Assembly: GCA_943358385.1 (NCBI GenBank) | Contig: CALRGX010000002.1 | Location: 9,718-73,717 of the forward strand | Source of the DNA: Parcubacteria group bacterium | Lineage (GTDB): Bacteria; Patescibacteriota; Minisyncoccia; Phycocordibacterales; UBA2100 | DNA length: 64,000 nt | Reading direction: 5' to 3' | Shown here: positions 37,410 through 47,680 of the stretch, piece by piece | Numbering within the stretch: position 1 is the stretch's first letter | Layout: each line of letters begins with the position of its first letter | The notes under the pieces: generated by a model | What the model saw: only the letters and a program-made list of their open reading frames with translations | Database searches by the model: none | What the model was told of the DNA's origin: nothing | Made by a program: the position numbers and the translations under genes

Positions 37410-38519
37410 CTATTCGTCAGAGCCGCGAACACCTTTGACGAGGGCTGATTCACCACTCTCCAGTCGCCCTCGAATCTCCTTCAAAATTTCGTTGCCTATC
37501 TTCTTGTTCTCACGTAAAAAGGTGCGCGATGCGTCGTACCCGCGGCCGAGAGCCACTTCGCCGAATCGATACGACGAACCGCTCTTCGCGACAATACCCA
37601 TCTTTTCGCCAAGTGCGAGTATTTCGCCTTCTCGGGAAATACCTTCGCCATACATCATATCGAATTCAGTCTGACGGAAGGGAGCAGCTACCTTGTTTTT
37701 CACAATCTTTACGCGATGCCGGCCGCCCATAACCTCATCACCCTTCTTTATTTGCGCGATGCGGCGTATGTCGATGCGGACCGAGGTGTAAAACTTCAAA
37801 GCCTTTCCTCCTGGAGTGGTTTCTGGGTTACCAAACATCACGCCAATCTGCATGCGGATTTGGTTGATGAAAATAACCACCGTCTTGGATTTGGCAGTAA
37901 TAGCGGTCAGCTTGCGCAGGGCCTGGGACATAAGGCGAGCCTGCTTGCCCACGTGCATAGCACCCATGTCGCCCTCAATCTCATCCTTTGGCGTGAGCGC
38001 GGCAACCGAGTCAATAACGATGACGTCGATTTTACCCGAGCGCACCAGGGACTCCACGATTTCAAGCGCCTGCTCGCCTGTGTCAGGTTGAGAAATGAGG
38101 AGGTCTTCAGTCTGCACGCCCAGTTTTTGTGCGTATTCAGGATCCATGGCGTGCTCTGCATCAATGTAGGCGCACACGCCACCCAGTTTCTGTGCTTCGG
38201 CGACCGTGTGTAGGGCAAGGGTGGTCTTTCCTGACGATTCTGGGCCGTATATTTCTATGATGCGTCCACGGGGCATGCCGCCAATCCCTAGTGCCCAGTC
38301 GACGCCGACTGATCCGGTTGATATGGCACCCACATCAACCTTGGGCTTCTGCCCGAGCATCATAATCGACTCGTCTCCAAACTTGGTGCGAATGTCGGCA
38401 AGCGCGCGCTCTATCTCTTTCGAATGCGCTTCTCGAGGTGCAGTGGAGGTGATTTCGCCTTCTGCGCGTACGGGGACTTCTGGCTTCAAGGCTTTCTTCT
38501 CTTTTTTCTTTGGGTTCAT
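37410..38519 (-). CDS. recA: recombinase RecA with a basic N-terminal extension of about 25 aa
   Basis: Walker [10 protein letters not shown]; L1/L2 loop regions; overall near-canonical RecA. Confidence 0.95.
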   Translation of the reverse strand: MNPKKKEKKALKPEVPVRAEGEITSTAPREAHSKEIERALADIRTKFGDESIMMLGQKPKVDVGAISTGSVGVDWALGIGGMPRGRIIEIYGPESSGKTTLALHTVAEAQKLGGVCAYIDAEHAMDPEYAQKLGVQTEDLLISQPDTGEQALEIVESLVRSGKIDVIVIDSVAALTPKDEIEGDMGAMHVGKQARLMSQALRKLTAITAKSKTVVIFINQIRMQIGVMFGNPETTPGGKALKFYTSVRIDIRRIAQIKKGDEVMGGRHRVKIVKNKVAAPFRQTEFDMMYGEGISREGEILALGEKMGIVAKSGSSYRFGEVALGRGYDASRTFLRENKKIGNEILKEIRGRLESGESALVKGVRGSDE

Positions 38520-38920
38520 GGTGTTGGTGTTAATGGTATTGGTAATTGATCAGCAGCAGGGGAGGTGGTGGTTGCTCGATACATAATCTCGAGGTCTTTT
38601 ACCGTTTCCCGTCCTGTTCTGTCGCGTGCAGTAAATCTCACTCGATTATACCCTGGCGCAAGGACGATATCCTCACTAAAGACACCCGCTTCGGTTACCG
38701 ACACAGGCCTCCCGTTCAGCTGCAACTCTACGATACGCTCTGCAGTGCCCTGTATGCGCAGGTACGGCTCTGTGACGGTGAGTGTCTTCTCAACGGTGTC
38801 GAGCGTGATCATCGGTCCTTGGAGCAGGTGGCGACCCTCAAAGTAGGAGTATCCAAGTGCTGCAATAAATAGAAGGCCAACGAGTCCGACAGTTAGTTTG
38901 TTGTAGCGATAGGGGAGCAT
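38516..38920 (-). CDS. membrane-anchored hypothetical protein between ftsK and recA
   Basis: N-terminal [21 protein letters not shown]; the 4-nt overlap with recA suggests an operon. Confidence 0.5.
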   Translation of the reverse strand: MLPYRYNKLTVGLVGLLFIAALGYSYFEGRHLLQGPMITLDTVEKTLTVTEPYLRIQGTAERIVELQLNGRPVSVTEAGVFSEDIVLAPGYNRVRFTARDRTGRETVKDLEIMYRATTTSPAADQLPIPLTPTP

Positions 38921-38922
38921 GG

Positions 38923-41166
38923 TTATCGGGACCCATCGTGCTCGGCCAAAAGCTCGTCCGCCGCACCTTCGAGGTTGTCGTCACTCGCGCCATTTCCACC
39001 ACTCGTTCCACCGATGATGTCGCGTGGCTTGGCACCATCCTGTGGCCCAATAACACCGCGCTCTTCGAGCATGTCCATCAGACGTGCTGCTCGTGAGTAG
39101 CCGACCTTCAATTTTCTTTGCAGGTAAGAAGTGGACGCTTTCTTTGCCTCCATGACTGCTGCACGTGCTTCGTTGTACAGCTCGTCTTCGTCGCCATCGT
39201 CTCCATTGCCGTCGATAGTACCTGAAAAGATAATGTCTGAGTTTGCGTGTTCTGCAAAATCGATCTCATCAGGCAGCTGGTGTTCGTAGTTTTTCGCAAT
39301 CCACTGCACCACTGCTTTCACTTCACTTTCAGGAATGTACGGTGCCTGCACGCGTTTTGGCTTCGACATTTCTCCAGAAAGGAAGAGCATGTCGCCCGCT
39401 CCGAGAAGCTTCTCTGCACCACCCATATCCAAAATCGTACGCGAGTCGATTTGCGATGCAACCTGCAGAGCGATGCGCGCAGGAATGTTTGCCTTGATCA
39501 ATCCTGTGATGACTTTTACCGACGGTCGCTGCGTACTCAATATAAGATGAATACCTACCGCACGGCTCATCTGTGCCAGGCGCACAATCCCCGCTTCCAG
39601 TTCGCGTGGGTACGTCTGCATGATGTCAGCAAGCTCATCGATAATGACCACGATGTACGGCATGGCCTCGGGCATCGTTTCGCCCTCTTCAAGATCTTTG
39701 CGCGCGAGTGCTGGCTTGAGAATATTCTCGTGGTACGAAGATATGTCGCGTACCTTCTCTGCTTCAAGGACGTTGTATCTACGATCCATTTCTTTGGCGA
39801 GCCACTTAAGCGCGAGGATTGCTTTCTTTGGGTCAGTGATAACCGGGGTCAAGAGGTGGGGGATAGAGTTGTACAGCGTGAGCTCCACGCGCTTAGGGTC
39901 AATCATGACGAAGCGCATCTGCTCTGGTCCACAGCGGTACAAAAGTGAGATGACGAGGTCGTGAATGGTCACGGACTTTCCAGCACCGGTTGCACCCGCA
40001 ATCAGCATGTGGGGCATACGTGCCATATCGGTGTACATGGCTTGCCCTGCAATGCCACGTCCGAGAGCCATGAGAAGTGGCTTATCGGACTCGGTAAATT
40101 CTGGATCGGACATCATAGGTGCCAGACCGAGTGTTGTCCTTGATGTATTAGGGACTTCAATACCAACAAGCGACTTACCTGGGATAGGTGCCTCTATACG
40201 GACAGGTGACGCTGCAAGAGCAAGTTCAAGATTGCTTTGTAAAGTAACAATTTTAGCCAAACGGACACCTTCTGCAGGCTTCATGGCGTAACGAGTTACT
40301 GTGGGTCCAATAGAAACCTCGTCCATTTCAACCTCGATGCCAAAGTTTTGTAGCGTCCTTTTAATGATATTTGCATTGGCCTTAACATCGCCCACTTCTG
40401 GCTTCCCTTTGTTCTTGCTCAGAAGTGAGATCGGAGGTGGTGCATACACGACACCCGACGCTGATATGATTGGAATCTCAGCCTCTTCTTCCTTGCCGCC
40501 TTTCCAGAAACTACGAGTGGCTTTCTTAGTAGGTTCGTCGGCCTCAACTGGTGCGTCGTCTTCTACGTGCTCCGGTTCGTCGTCGGGGACGTCCGTCTGT
40601 AAGGGTGCGCTTACCTGCACATCAACAGGCTCATCCGCCAGGTCATCCAACTCATCCCATTCAGGCATCAGGCTTTCTTTGATGCGGTTAAAAAGTGAAA
40701 GCGGGTGGACCTCAAAAGCGATAATAAGTGTTGCGGCGATGAAGGCTAGGAGGAAGATGACGCTGGCAATCGTGTCGAATGCCGCAACGAGCGGTGAGGC
40801 GATAAGGGACCCCACAATACCTGCTTTGGCAGGTGCAGCGATTTCAATCAGTCCTAATGCAGCAATCAGAAAGATGCCTGTACTCACGAGGCGAATAACG
40901 TTGAGCTGCTGGCCATCAAATGAGCGAAAAAAAATGATCGCGCTGATAAGAAAGGAGACTGGCAGGAGTGCGTAGCCAATCCCCAAAAGGAGAGAGAGCC
41001 ACTCAAAAGCAAACGCTCCTGCAACACCGCCAATGCCAAAGCCCGACAGAATTAAGAAGAGGGCGATGGCGGTGAGGAAAACGCCGATCACTGCGCGAAC
41101 CGCATCACCGCGCAAGGAGATAGGGAACAAGTCTTCGTCATCGTGTTTCGCACGTTTCTTTGCCAT
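38923..41166 (-). CDS. ftsK: DNA translocase FtsK/SpoIIIE
   Basis: N-terminal TM domain, Pro/Asp-rich linker, Walker A GATGAGKSV and the FtsK motor motifs. The start is placed at MAKKRAK; the longer upstream extension is less likely. Confidence 0.9.
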   Translation of the reverse strand: MAKKRAKHDDEDLFPISLRGDAVRAVIGVFLTAIALFLILSGFGIGGVAGAFAFEWLSLLLGIGYALLPVSFLISAIIFFRSFDGQQLNVIRLVSTGIFLIAALGLIEIAAPAKAGIVGSLIASPLVAAFDTIASVIFLLAFIAATLIIAFEVHPLSLFNRIKESLMPEWDELDDLADEPVDVQVSAPLQTDVPDDEPEHVEDDAPVEADEPTKKATRSFWKGGKEEEAEIPIISASGVVYAPPPISLLSKNKGKPEVGDVKANANIIKRTLQNFGIEVEMDEVSIGPTVTRYAMKPAEGVRLAKIVTLQSNLELALAASPVRIEAPIPGKSLVGIEVPNTSRTTLGLAPMMSDPEFTESDKPLLMALGRGIAGQAMYTDMARMPHMLIAGATGAGKSVTIHDLVISLLYRCGPEQMRFVMIDPKRVELTLYNSIPHLLTPVITDPKKAILALKWLAKEMDRRYNVLEAEKVRDISSYHENILKPALARKDLEEGETMPEAMPYIVVIIDELADIMQTYPRELEAGIVRLAQMSRAVGIHLILSTQRPSVKVITGLIKANIPARIALQVASQIDSRTILDMGGAEKLLGAGDMLFLSGEMSKPKRVQAPYIPESEVKAVVQWIAKNYEHQLPDEIDFAEHANSDIIFSGTIDGNGDDGDEDELYNEARAAVMEAKKASTSYLQRKLKVGYSRAARLMDMLEERGVIGPQDGAKPRDIIGGTSGGNGASDDNLEGAADELLAEHDGSR

Positions 41167-41295
41167 GCCGCACATAATACCACGCACACTTTCTGGAAAA
41201 CGCTTTAAAAAGGATGGGTGCATACATGGTGTGCGTGGGACCTTCTTTAAGGACTTGAACGAGTCCTTGAAAGGGTATACACTCGCGGTGAGACA

Positions 41296-41312
41296 GGGGT
41301 GTCTATATAAGA
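41296..41312. promoter_or_regulatory. perfect palindrome GTGTCTATATAAGACAC upstream of the 41352 gene; candidate operator or -10 region
   Basis: Exact inverted repeat centred on TATATA, 40 nt before the start codon. Confidence 0.3.
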
Positions 41313-41351
41313 CACATATGCAACAAAACGAGAACACTAAAAAGGACAGTA

Positions 41352-42118
41352 TGGCAGGCAGCACCGCTGTATCAGACATCTTCTCTGGCTCATCAAAGAC
41401 ATCAATTTATCCGGACAAAGCGTACGTCCAGATATACAAACGATTCGAACGGATATCCGCGGTACTCTATATATTGACTAATCGTGTCCCACAGCAAGAA
41501 GTTCTGCGAAATGAAATCCGGTCGCTCACGCTGAGCTCGGTGTCCCTTACTGCATGCTTGGGCGACGGATTTCGAGATGGAAAAAATCTGTCTTTGATTG
41601 ACCTTGAACGCACCTGCATCGAGCTCACGACCGCTGTGCGTCTTTTATCAGCAGGTAAGTTTGCTTCGCGTGCGAATGTGGAATTGGTGGTGCGAGCAAT
41701 AGAAGAGGCATTATCGCTCGCTTTTGGTCTTCAAGATTCTGTTTTGGCCGAGGACGTGGTTATTACGCGAGACGATTTGATCCCCGAGCAAGTTCTTGCG
41801 CGCCGTGCTCTAGGGAACGTCGCTGCGGCGCACCGCTCAGCCTCACTAGAGCAAAAAAAGGCGGCCATTTCTTCTCCAGAATCAGCCTTTCGTGCACCGG
41901 GTGCACTGGGAACATCGGTCGCCTCGTCGGGGTCCTCACGCGAGGCGGTGATTCTTGGGGTGCTACAAAAGTACGGTCCGCTCGGTATAAAGGACGTGGC
42001 GGTTCACATGCCGGATTGTGGTGAAAAGACAGTGCAGCGGGCTCTTGCTGCGCTCGTTTTGGCAGGTTCTATCCAAAAAGAAGGCGAGAAACGCTGGAGC
42101 AAGTATCACGTGCTGTAA
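41352..42118 (+). CDS. hypothetical protein with a C-terminal winged-helix-like segment
   Basis: AAGGA RBS. C-terminus AVILGVLQKYGPLGIKDVAVHMPDCGEKTVQRALAALVLAGSIQKEG resembles a wHTH. Confidence 0.45.
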
Positions 42119-42180
42119 GTGTAAGGATACATGCCGAAATACGTCTGAATGTACCGGTAGTGTAGTGGGTGCTTTCTGCG

Positions 42181-42209
42181 TTGACGCAAGGGCCAGTAAA
42201 AGCTAGTAT
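42181..42209 (+). promoter_or_regulatory. candidate sigma70-type promoter. It would give a 5' UTR of about 600 nt for the S-layer-like gene.
   Basis: TTGACG, then 17 nt, then TAGTAT. Confidence 0.3.
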
Positions 42210-42814
42210 TGCGCGGGGTTTATCTACATGAAGATATTGGACGCAGGGTCATCTGGCCCAGGTACAAAACCTTCGTATGGACACCCTTGGTTATCCACAT
42301 TTGCACAGGTCGGCTCGTGAGCTGCACTGGGCGGGGCGGACTATACTATTGAGGTGCGCGATGCGGTCCACCGCGTCGTGTACTGCGCTATCGTGGTTCT
42401 GATTGTGTCTTCGCCTCGCGCGAGGGCGCAGAAGAGTCAAGAGAGCATTGATCTTTGACACGACATATAAGGGAAAACAAACGGTGTGCTTTTCGCACAC
42501 AGGTGATCTCCGCACGATATGCGCGATGCTTCATATGAAGCACGGGGCATATCTTTCACGCACTGATACTGAAACGGCTGCAATGTCCTGTCACGGAAGA
42601 ACGACTGCACGACCCCTACATTCGCTGCTAACCCTTAGCGCTTCATAGTCGAAATAAACGAGGCGTTAGGGATAGCAATAACATTGTTTATCAGTGTTGT
42701 GTCGCAAGACACTCAAAATCGTATCGATGCCTTGGTCGAACAAGCGTCGGTACGTACTTTCCGTACACAGTTAATTGTGTGCGGACAGTTACAAGGTCAA
42801 AAAACAAAATAACT

Positions 42815-45800
42815 ATGAGTAATGCATTAGCAACACCAAAAGTTGCAGCAGTGCTCGCCGGACTCGCTATGGTAGTTGGATTCGCGTTCGCTTTTGCCAC
42901 ACCGGCAAAGGCAGACGTTGTCTCTGATCTCCAGGCTCAGATCCAGGCGCTGCTTGCACAAATCGCAACTATCTCTAGTGGTACAACCACTGGCGGTAGC
43001 TGTACTCCAGGCCAAACGCTCACTCGCAATCATAAAGCAGGTGAGACTGGTGGGGAGATTATGTGGATTCAACAGTTCTTGAACGCTAACGGTTTCACCG
43101 TTTCAGCATCGGGAGCAGGTTCTAAAGGAAACGAGACTTCATACTTCGGTCCAGCGACCAAGGCTGCAGTCATCAAGTTCCAGAACGCTCACGCAGCTGA
43201 TGTTCTCACTCCAGTAGGTCTTACCTCAGGTACAGGCTTCTGGGGCGCATCATCTCGCGCAAAGGCGAACATGATGGGTTCTAGCTGTACTCCAGGCACT
43301 GGCACTGGTACCGGCACAGGCACAACCCCAACGGGAACTGGCCTTACGGTTTCAGCATCAGCTCAGCCTGCGAACTCGCTCGCACCACAAGGCGTATCAC
43401 GCGTTCCATTCACTACATTCACTCTCACCAACAACTCTGGTGTAGCAGTAACAGTGAACGGCATCGTGGTTGAGCGCACTGGACTTGCACAGGACTCGGT
43501 CTTCTCAGGCCTCGTTCTTGTAGACAACGGTACGAACACTCAGATCGGTACATCGAAGACTCTTAACTCAAACCACCAGGCAGTAGTAGGTGACGCGTTC
43601 ACTATGAACCCAGGTGAGTCAAAGAGCTTGACGGTTGCTGGTAACATGGCTGCAAGTCTCGCTATCTACGCAGGTCAGGTAGTTGCAGTATCAGTAGTAG
43701 GTGTGAACACAACTGCAACAGTTGCCGGCTCACTTCCAATCACTGGTGCTCAGCACACCATCAACGCAACGCTCTCAGTTGGCTCAGTGTCAACTTCGAC
43801 GTCTTCGTTTGATCCAGGTGCAAACACAAACAAGAACATTGGAGACACGGCTGTACGCTTCTCAGGACTTCGCTTCACAGCTGGTTCTGCTGAAGATCTC
43901 CGCTTCTACTCGATTCGTTGGCGCCAGGTTGGTACTGCAAGCGCAGTCGACCTTTCGAACATCGTGACAGTAGTAGACGGCGTTCAGTACCCAGTCACTG
44001 TTGATTCTTCTGGTAAGTACTACACCACTTCGTTCCCTGGCGGTCTTTTGATCCAGAAGGGTAACTCGATTGATGCGTACGTACAGGGTGATCTTACGGG
44101 TTCAAACTCGGCAAGCCGCACTGTTCGCTTCGATCTCGATCGCGTAACGGATGTGTACTTCATCGGCCAGACTTACGGCTACGGCGTCGCTCCTAGCGGC
44201 ACTTCACAGCCTTGGTTCACCGGTTACACCGCAACAATCAACCCAGGTACCGTAACAACGATTGGTAAGGCAAACTCGGTTGCTGCACAAAACATTGCAG
44301 TAAACGTGCAAAACCAACCTCTCGGTGGTTTCGAGACCAACTTCGCAGGTGAGGCTGTATCCGTACAGGGTATGACCTTCACTGTGTCGACATCTTCTGC
44401 TTCAATCGGCGGCCTTCTCACGAACGTCTCTATTGTTGATCAGAACGGTGTAGTTGTTGCTGGTCCAGTAGACGCTACAGGTGCTGGTTCAACCCAGACC
44501 CTCACGTTCACTGACACCGTCACCTTCCCAGTTGGCAAGATGGTATACACCCTCAAGGGTCGTGTATCTTCAAGCGCAACTTCAGGTGCAGTGCTGACTG
44601 TTGCTACGACTCCTTCTGGTTGGACAAACCCAACTGGTCAGACCTCGGGTAACACGATCACTATCGGTACTTCAGCATTCTCTATGAACGCAATGACTGT
44701 TAAGGGCGTAACCCTCGCGGTTTCTGCTTCGACACAGCCTTCTTCACAGAGCATTGTTGCAGGTGTACAGGGTTTCACCTTTGCAAACATCCAGTTGGAT
44801 GCTTCGCAGTCAGGTGAGGATGTACGTATCTCTTCAGTTCCTGTGTACTACGCAGACGTGTCTGGCACACCAGCTAGCTCGTTCTCAGGTTGTCAGCTTT
44901 GGGACGGTGTAACACCTCTCAACACTGGTGGCCGCGTAATCAACAGCGTCACAACTGGTACGAACTCTACACACACACTCGACAACTCTCTCACCATTCC
45001 TAAGGGAACAGTGAAGACACTCGCCGTGAAGTGTAACCTCGGCACAGGTGCTTCAGGTGCAGCTAAGTTCGGTGTAAACGGCGGTACGTACTCGGCAACG
45101 GGTGCAACCTCAGGCAACTCTGTCTCAGGAACTGCTAACACCAGCTACAGCGGTACTATGACCATCGGTACTGGTTCTTACGCAGTATCGGTTGACTCTT
45201 CTTCTCCATCATTCATGGTGGTAGCAGCAGGTTCAACAGGTGTTAACGCTGGCGTAGTGAAGTTCCGCGCTTCTAACGAAGACGTATCTCTCACTAAGCT
45301 CGGTCTCATCCTTACATCAGGATCAAATAGCGACGTTCTCTCAGTTGATATCTACGACGGTGCAACGAAAGTTGGTACTGCGTACTTCACCTCGGGTTCA
45401 GTTGCTACATCAACTCTGACGACTTCAGTTACGCTTCCTAAGGACACTGACAAGACTCTTACCCTCAAGGCAAACCTTGCTGGTATCGGTTCTTCGGAGT
45501 CAGGTACCCCAGGTGTAACTGTTAAGGTTGACCCTAGCTACGCAGAAGGATCTGGTCTTGCATCAGGTTCAACTGTGTACGACATTGCTGTCATTGGTGT
45601 TGCTGGCTTCGGTATGTACAAGTCGTTCCCAACACTTGCTCTTGAGTCAGGCTCACAAGTTCTTGGTACGACAGGTATTGCTGACGGTCGCCTCATCCGC
45701 TTCAAGGTCACTGCTGACGCAAAAGGTCCAGTAGGAATCGCAGGCCTCGGCTTCTCGATCTCTACAACCTCAGTCAGCGTGTCTAACGTGCAGCTCTTCG

Positions 45801-46192
45801 GGTATACCAACGCTACCTACTCTTCTGCGATCTCAGGTCAAGGAACGAGTGGTCAGATTGGTACCACGATTGCAACCTGGACATACGGCGCAGAGAACAA
45901 GATTGTTCCTACGACGAATGCAGTACAGGTTCCAGCAGGACAGACCTACTACTTCGAGCTCCGTGGCTCAGTATCAGGTGCAACTACTGGCTCATCTGTA
46001 GTGACGACTCTGAACGGCGATTCAGTTGCTCAGGCAATCACACAGGCAGTCAGTGCTACGACTACACACAGCTTTGCATGGTCGGGTAACTCGACGACAA
46101 CGTCGAACCTCACTGGCGACGCTGACTGGACAAACGGTTACAGCATCGAAGGCTTGCCTTCATCTGGCCTCATCCAGACTCGTTCTAACTAA
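42815..46192 (+). CDS. giant secreted S-layer-like / cell-surface protein with an N-terminal peptidoglycan-binding (PGB1-like) domain and multiple Thr/Ser/Gly/Val-rich beta-repeat domains
   Basis: Signal peptide MSNALATPKVAAVLAGLAMVVGFAFAFATPAKA. Two copies of a SCTPG motif bracket a PGB1-like segment (IMWIQQFLNANGF...YFGPATKAAVIKFQNAHAADVLTPVGLTSG). A (TG)n linker. Strong preference for T/A-ending codons, unlike neighbouring genes. Confidence 0.7.
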   Translation: MSNALATPKVAAVLAGLAMVVGFAFAFATPAKADVVSDLQAQIQALLAQIATISSGTTTGGSCTPGQTLTRNHKAGETGGEIMWIQQFLNANGFTVSASGAGSKGNETSYFGPATKAAVIKFQNAHAADVLTPVGLTSGTGFWGASSRAKANMMGSSCTPGTGTGTGTGTTPTGTGLTVSASAQPANSLAPQGVSRVPFTTFTLTNNSGVAVTVNGIVVERTGLAQDSVFSGLVLVDNGTNTQIGTSKTLNSNHQAVVGDAFTMNPGESKSLTVAGNMAASLAIYAGQVVAVSVVGVNTTATVAGSLPITGAQHTINATLSVGSVSTSTSSFDPGANTNKNIGDTAVRFSGLRFTAGSAEDLRFYSIRWRQVGTASAVDLSNIVTVVDGVQYPVTVDSSGKYYTTSFPGGLLIQKGNSIDAYVQGDLTGSNSASRTVRFDLDRVTDVYFIGQTYGYGVAPSGTSQPWFTGYTATINPGTVTTIGKANSVAAQNIAVNVQNQPLGGFETNFAGEAVSVQGMTFTVSTSSASIGGLLTNVSIVDQNGVVVAGPVDATGAGSTQTLTFTDTVTFPVGKMVYTLKGRVSSSATSGAVLTVATTPSGWTNPTGQTSGNTITIGTSAFSMNAMTVKGVTLAVSASTQPSSQSIVAGVQGFTFANIQLDASQSGEDVRISSVPVYYADVSGTPASSFSGCQLWDGVTPLNTGGRVINSVTTGTNSTHTLDNSLTIPKGTVKTLAVKCNLGTGASGAAKFGVNGGTYSATGATSGNSVSGTANTSYSGTMTIGTGSYAVSVDSSSPSFMVVAAGSTGVNAGVVKFRASNEDVSLTKLGLILTSGSNSDVLSVDIYDGATKVGTAYFTSGSVATSTLTTSVTLPKDTDKTLTLKANLAGIGSSESGTPGVTVKVDPSYAEGSGLASGSTVYDIAVIGVAGFGMYKSFPTLALESGSQVLGTTGIADGRLIRFKVTADAKGPVGIAGLGFSISTTSVSVSNVQLFGYTNATYSSAISGQGTSGQIGTTIATWTYGAENKIVPTTNAVQVPAGQTYYFELRGSVSGATTGSSVVTTLNGDSVAQAITQAVSATTTHSFAWSGNSTTTSNLTGDADWTNGYSIEGLPSSGLIQTRSN

Positions 46193-46228
46193 CGTTAGTA
46201 CGAGTGTGCTATCCAGCAATGGATAAAC

Positions 46229-46262
46229 AAAAAGCTCCCCGAAAGGGGAGCTTTTTGTTTTG
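46229..46262 (+). terminator. rho-independent terminator after the S-layer-like gene
   Basis: aaaaagctcccc-gaaa-ggggagcttttt followed by gtttt. Confidence 0.75.
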
Positions 46263-46470
46263 GTCATCTTGCCCGCATGTTTGTAAGACAACCCACACAG
46301 ATGGCTGTAAGGTATCTGTGTGGGCACTCATGCACACATACAGGTGAGTTTATGTTTTTTTGCCGAGGAATCTCCTCGTCGCCTTGATCTGTTTTAGGAG
46401 TCTGCCCTTCACGCTGTACTGGTGCAGTGTTTTCCTAGCACCTGTTACCTAACACCTCGCACCTACCTCC

Positions 46471-46493
46471 CTACCTTCAAAATATAAAGGTCG
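46471..46493. repeat. REP-like palindrome copy, ggtcggtcc orientation
   Basis: atataaaggtcggtcctttatat. Confidence 0.75.
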
Positions 46494-46583
46494 GTCCTTT
46501 ATATTTCTCCGACAGGTTAAGGTGCTCTCGCATTTCTCATGCGACTTCTTACCCGGTGCTGGCACCCTTGTGGCGTTCGCAGA

Positions 46584-46606
46584 ATATAAAGGTCGGTCCT
46601 TTATAT
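46584..46606. repeat. REP-like palindrome copy, ggtcggtcc orientation
   Basis: atataaaggtcggtcctttatat. Confidence 0.75.
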
Positions 46607-46652
46607 TTAGGTCGCTCTTGTAACGGTACTCGGCCTCGCGTACAATGTCGCC

Positions 46653-47408
46653 ATGTCATCAAACACGCTGCAGGCAATTATCGGCACGGCTATCATATTG
46701 GCTCTTTTGGGTATTGGTGGCTGGTACTATTTCCAGCCAAAAGCTCAAAAAGTGCAGATCGGCGGCGTAACCGTTGATATGCCAAAAGGCGCCACCATCG
46801 AATTACTGGAAGATGAATTGCCACCGCTCGATCATGCAGTGGAATTTGAAACAGGGGTGCCACTTGATACTCGTGAGGCGTTGACCGACAACATTGAAAA
46901 GCTCACTGCAATCCTCGAAGGCGATCCAACACATTTCAACGCATGGCTTGATCTTGCGCTCCAGTACAAGGTAGCGGGGGATTATCGTGCCGCAGAACGC
47001 GTGTGGTCGTATCTTGTTGATGCGGCGCCTCAGTCAGGCTTGAGTGCTCACAACCTGGGCACCTTAAACCACCTCACTTTTAAGGAGTTTGAAAAAGCGG
47101 AACAGAATTTCAAATTGGCAATTGAGCGGGAGCCTCTCCAAGGTGCGTACTACCTCTCGTTCCACGAGCTATACCGGTATTCGTACAAAACCGACACGAC
47201 GCTGGCGGCAGACATCTTGAAGGAAGGACTCAAGCTCACCCCTGAAAATACTGATCTATTGCTTGCGCTCGCGGTGTACTATCGCGATGACAAAAAAGAC
47301 AAAAAAATGGCACGTGAGTACTACACACAGGCGCGCGATGCGGTACAGAAAACAGGAAACATGGATTTGGTGCGTGCCATCGAAACTGATATTCTGAAGT
47401 TGAAGTAG
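46653..47408 (+). CDS. membrane-anchored TPR-repeat protein
   Basis: N-terminal TM IIGTAIILALLGIGGWYYF; TPR-like helices (WLDLALQYKVAGDYRAAERVW..., AYYLSFHELYRYS..., ALAVYYRDDKKDKKMAREYYTQAR). Confidence 0.6.
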   Translation: MSSNTLQAIIGTAIILALLGIGGWYYFQPKAQKVQIGGVTVDMPKGATIELLEDELPPLDHAVEFETGVPLDTREALTDNIEKLTAILEGDPTHFNAWLDLALQYKVAGDYRAAERVWSYLVDAAPQSGLSAHNLGTLNHLTFKEFEKAEQNFKLAIEREPLQGAYYLSFHELYRYSYKTDTTLAADILKEGLKLTPENTDLLLALAVYYRDDKKDKKMAREYYTQARDAVQKTGNMDLVRAIETDILKLK

Positions 47409-47457
47409 CTGATGTGCCTCGGCATGGAAGCGTGGCTTCGTAGTACAATGAGGGCAT

Positions 47458-47631
47458 ATGCGCGGCGCCTTTAATGAGAGTTTTTTAAAATTCTCCATTG
47501 GCTTCCTCTGTATCATTCTGGGGAGTTTTGGATTTACGATTGCCTTGGACTACTATGACGAAAACTATGGCGACACGAAGCAAACAGCCTCGGTTTTTGA
47601 AAGTGCTGCAGCGCAGTTTTTCTCACAGTAA
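47458..47631 (+). CDS. possible small membrane protein (57 aa), not in the supplied track
   Basis: ORF MRGAFNESFLKFSIGFLCIILGSFGFTIALDYY...; weak RBS. Confidence 0.2.
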   Translation: MRGAFNESFLKFSIGFLCIILGSFGFTIALDYYDENYGDTKQTASVFESAAAQFFSQ

Positions 47632-47680
47632 CGTGGTCTTGTTTGGGTGTTCGCGTGCTGTGTGATGGTATTCTTTCGCT

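Noticed and set aside
41033-41351. Long N-terminal extension of the 41352 gene (track ORF from 41033) and the ftsK extension to 41379
   Set aside because: The two extensions overlap each other on opposite strands, lack an RBS, and the ftsK one starts with TM-poor, Cys-rich sequence. The internal Met starts fit the homologues.
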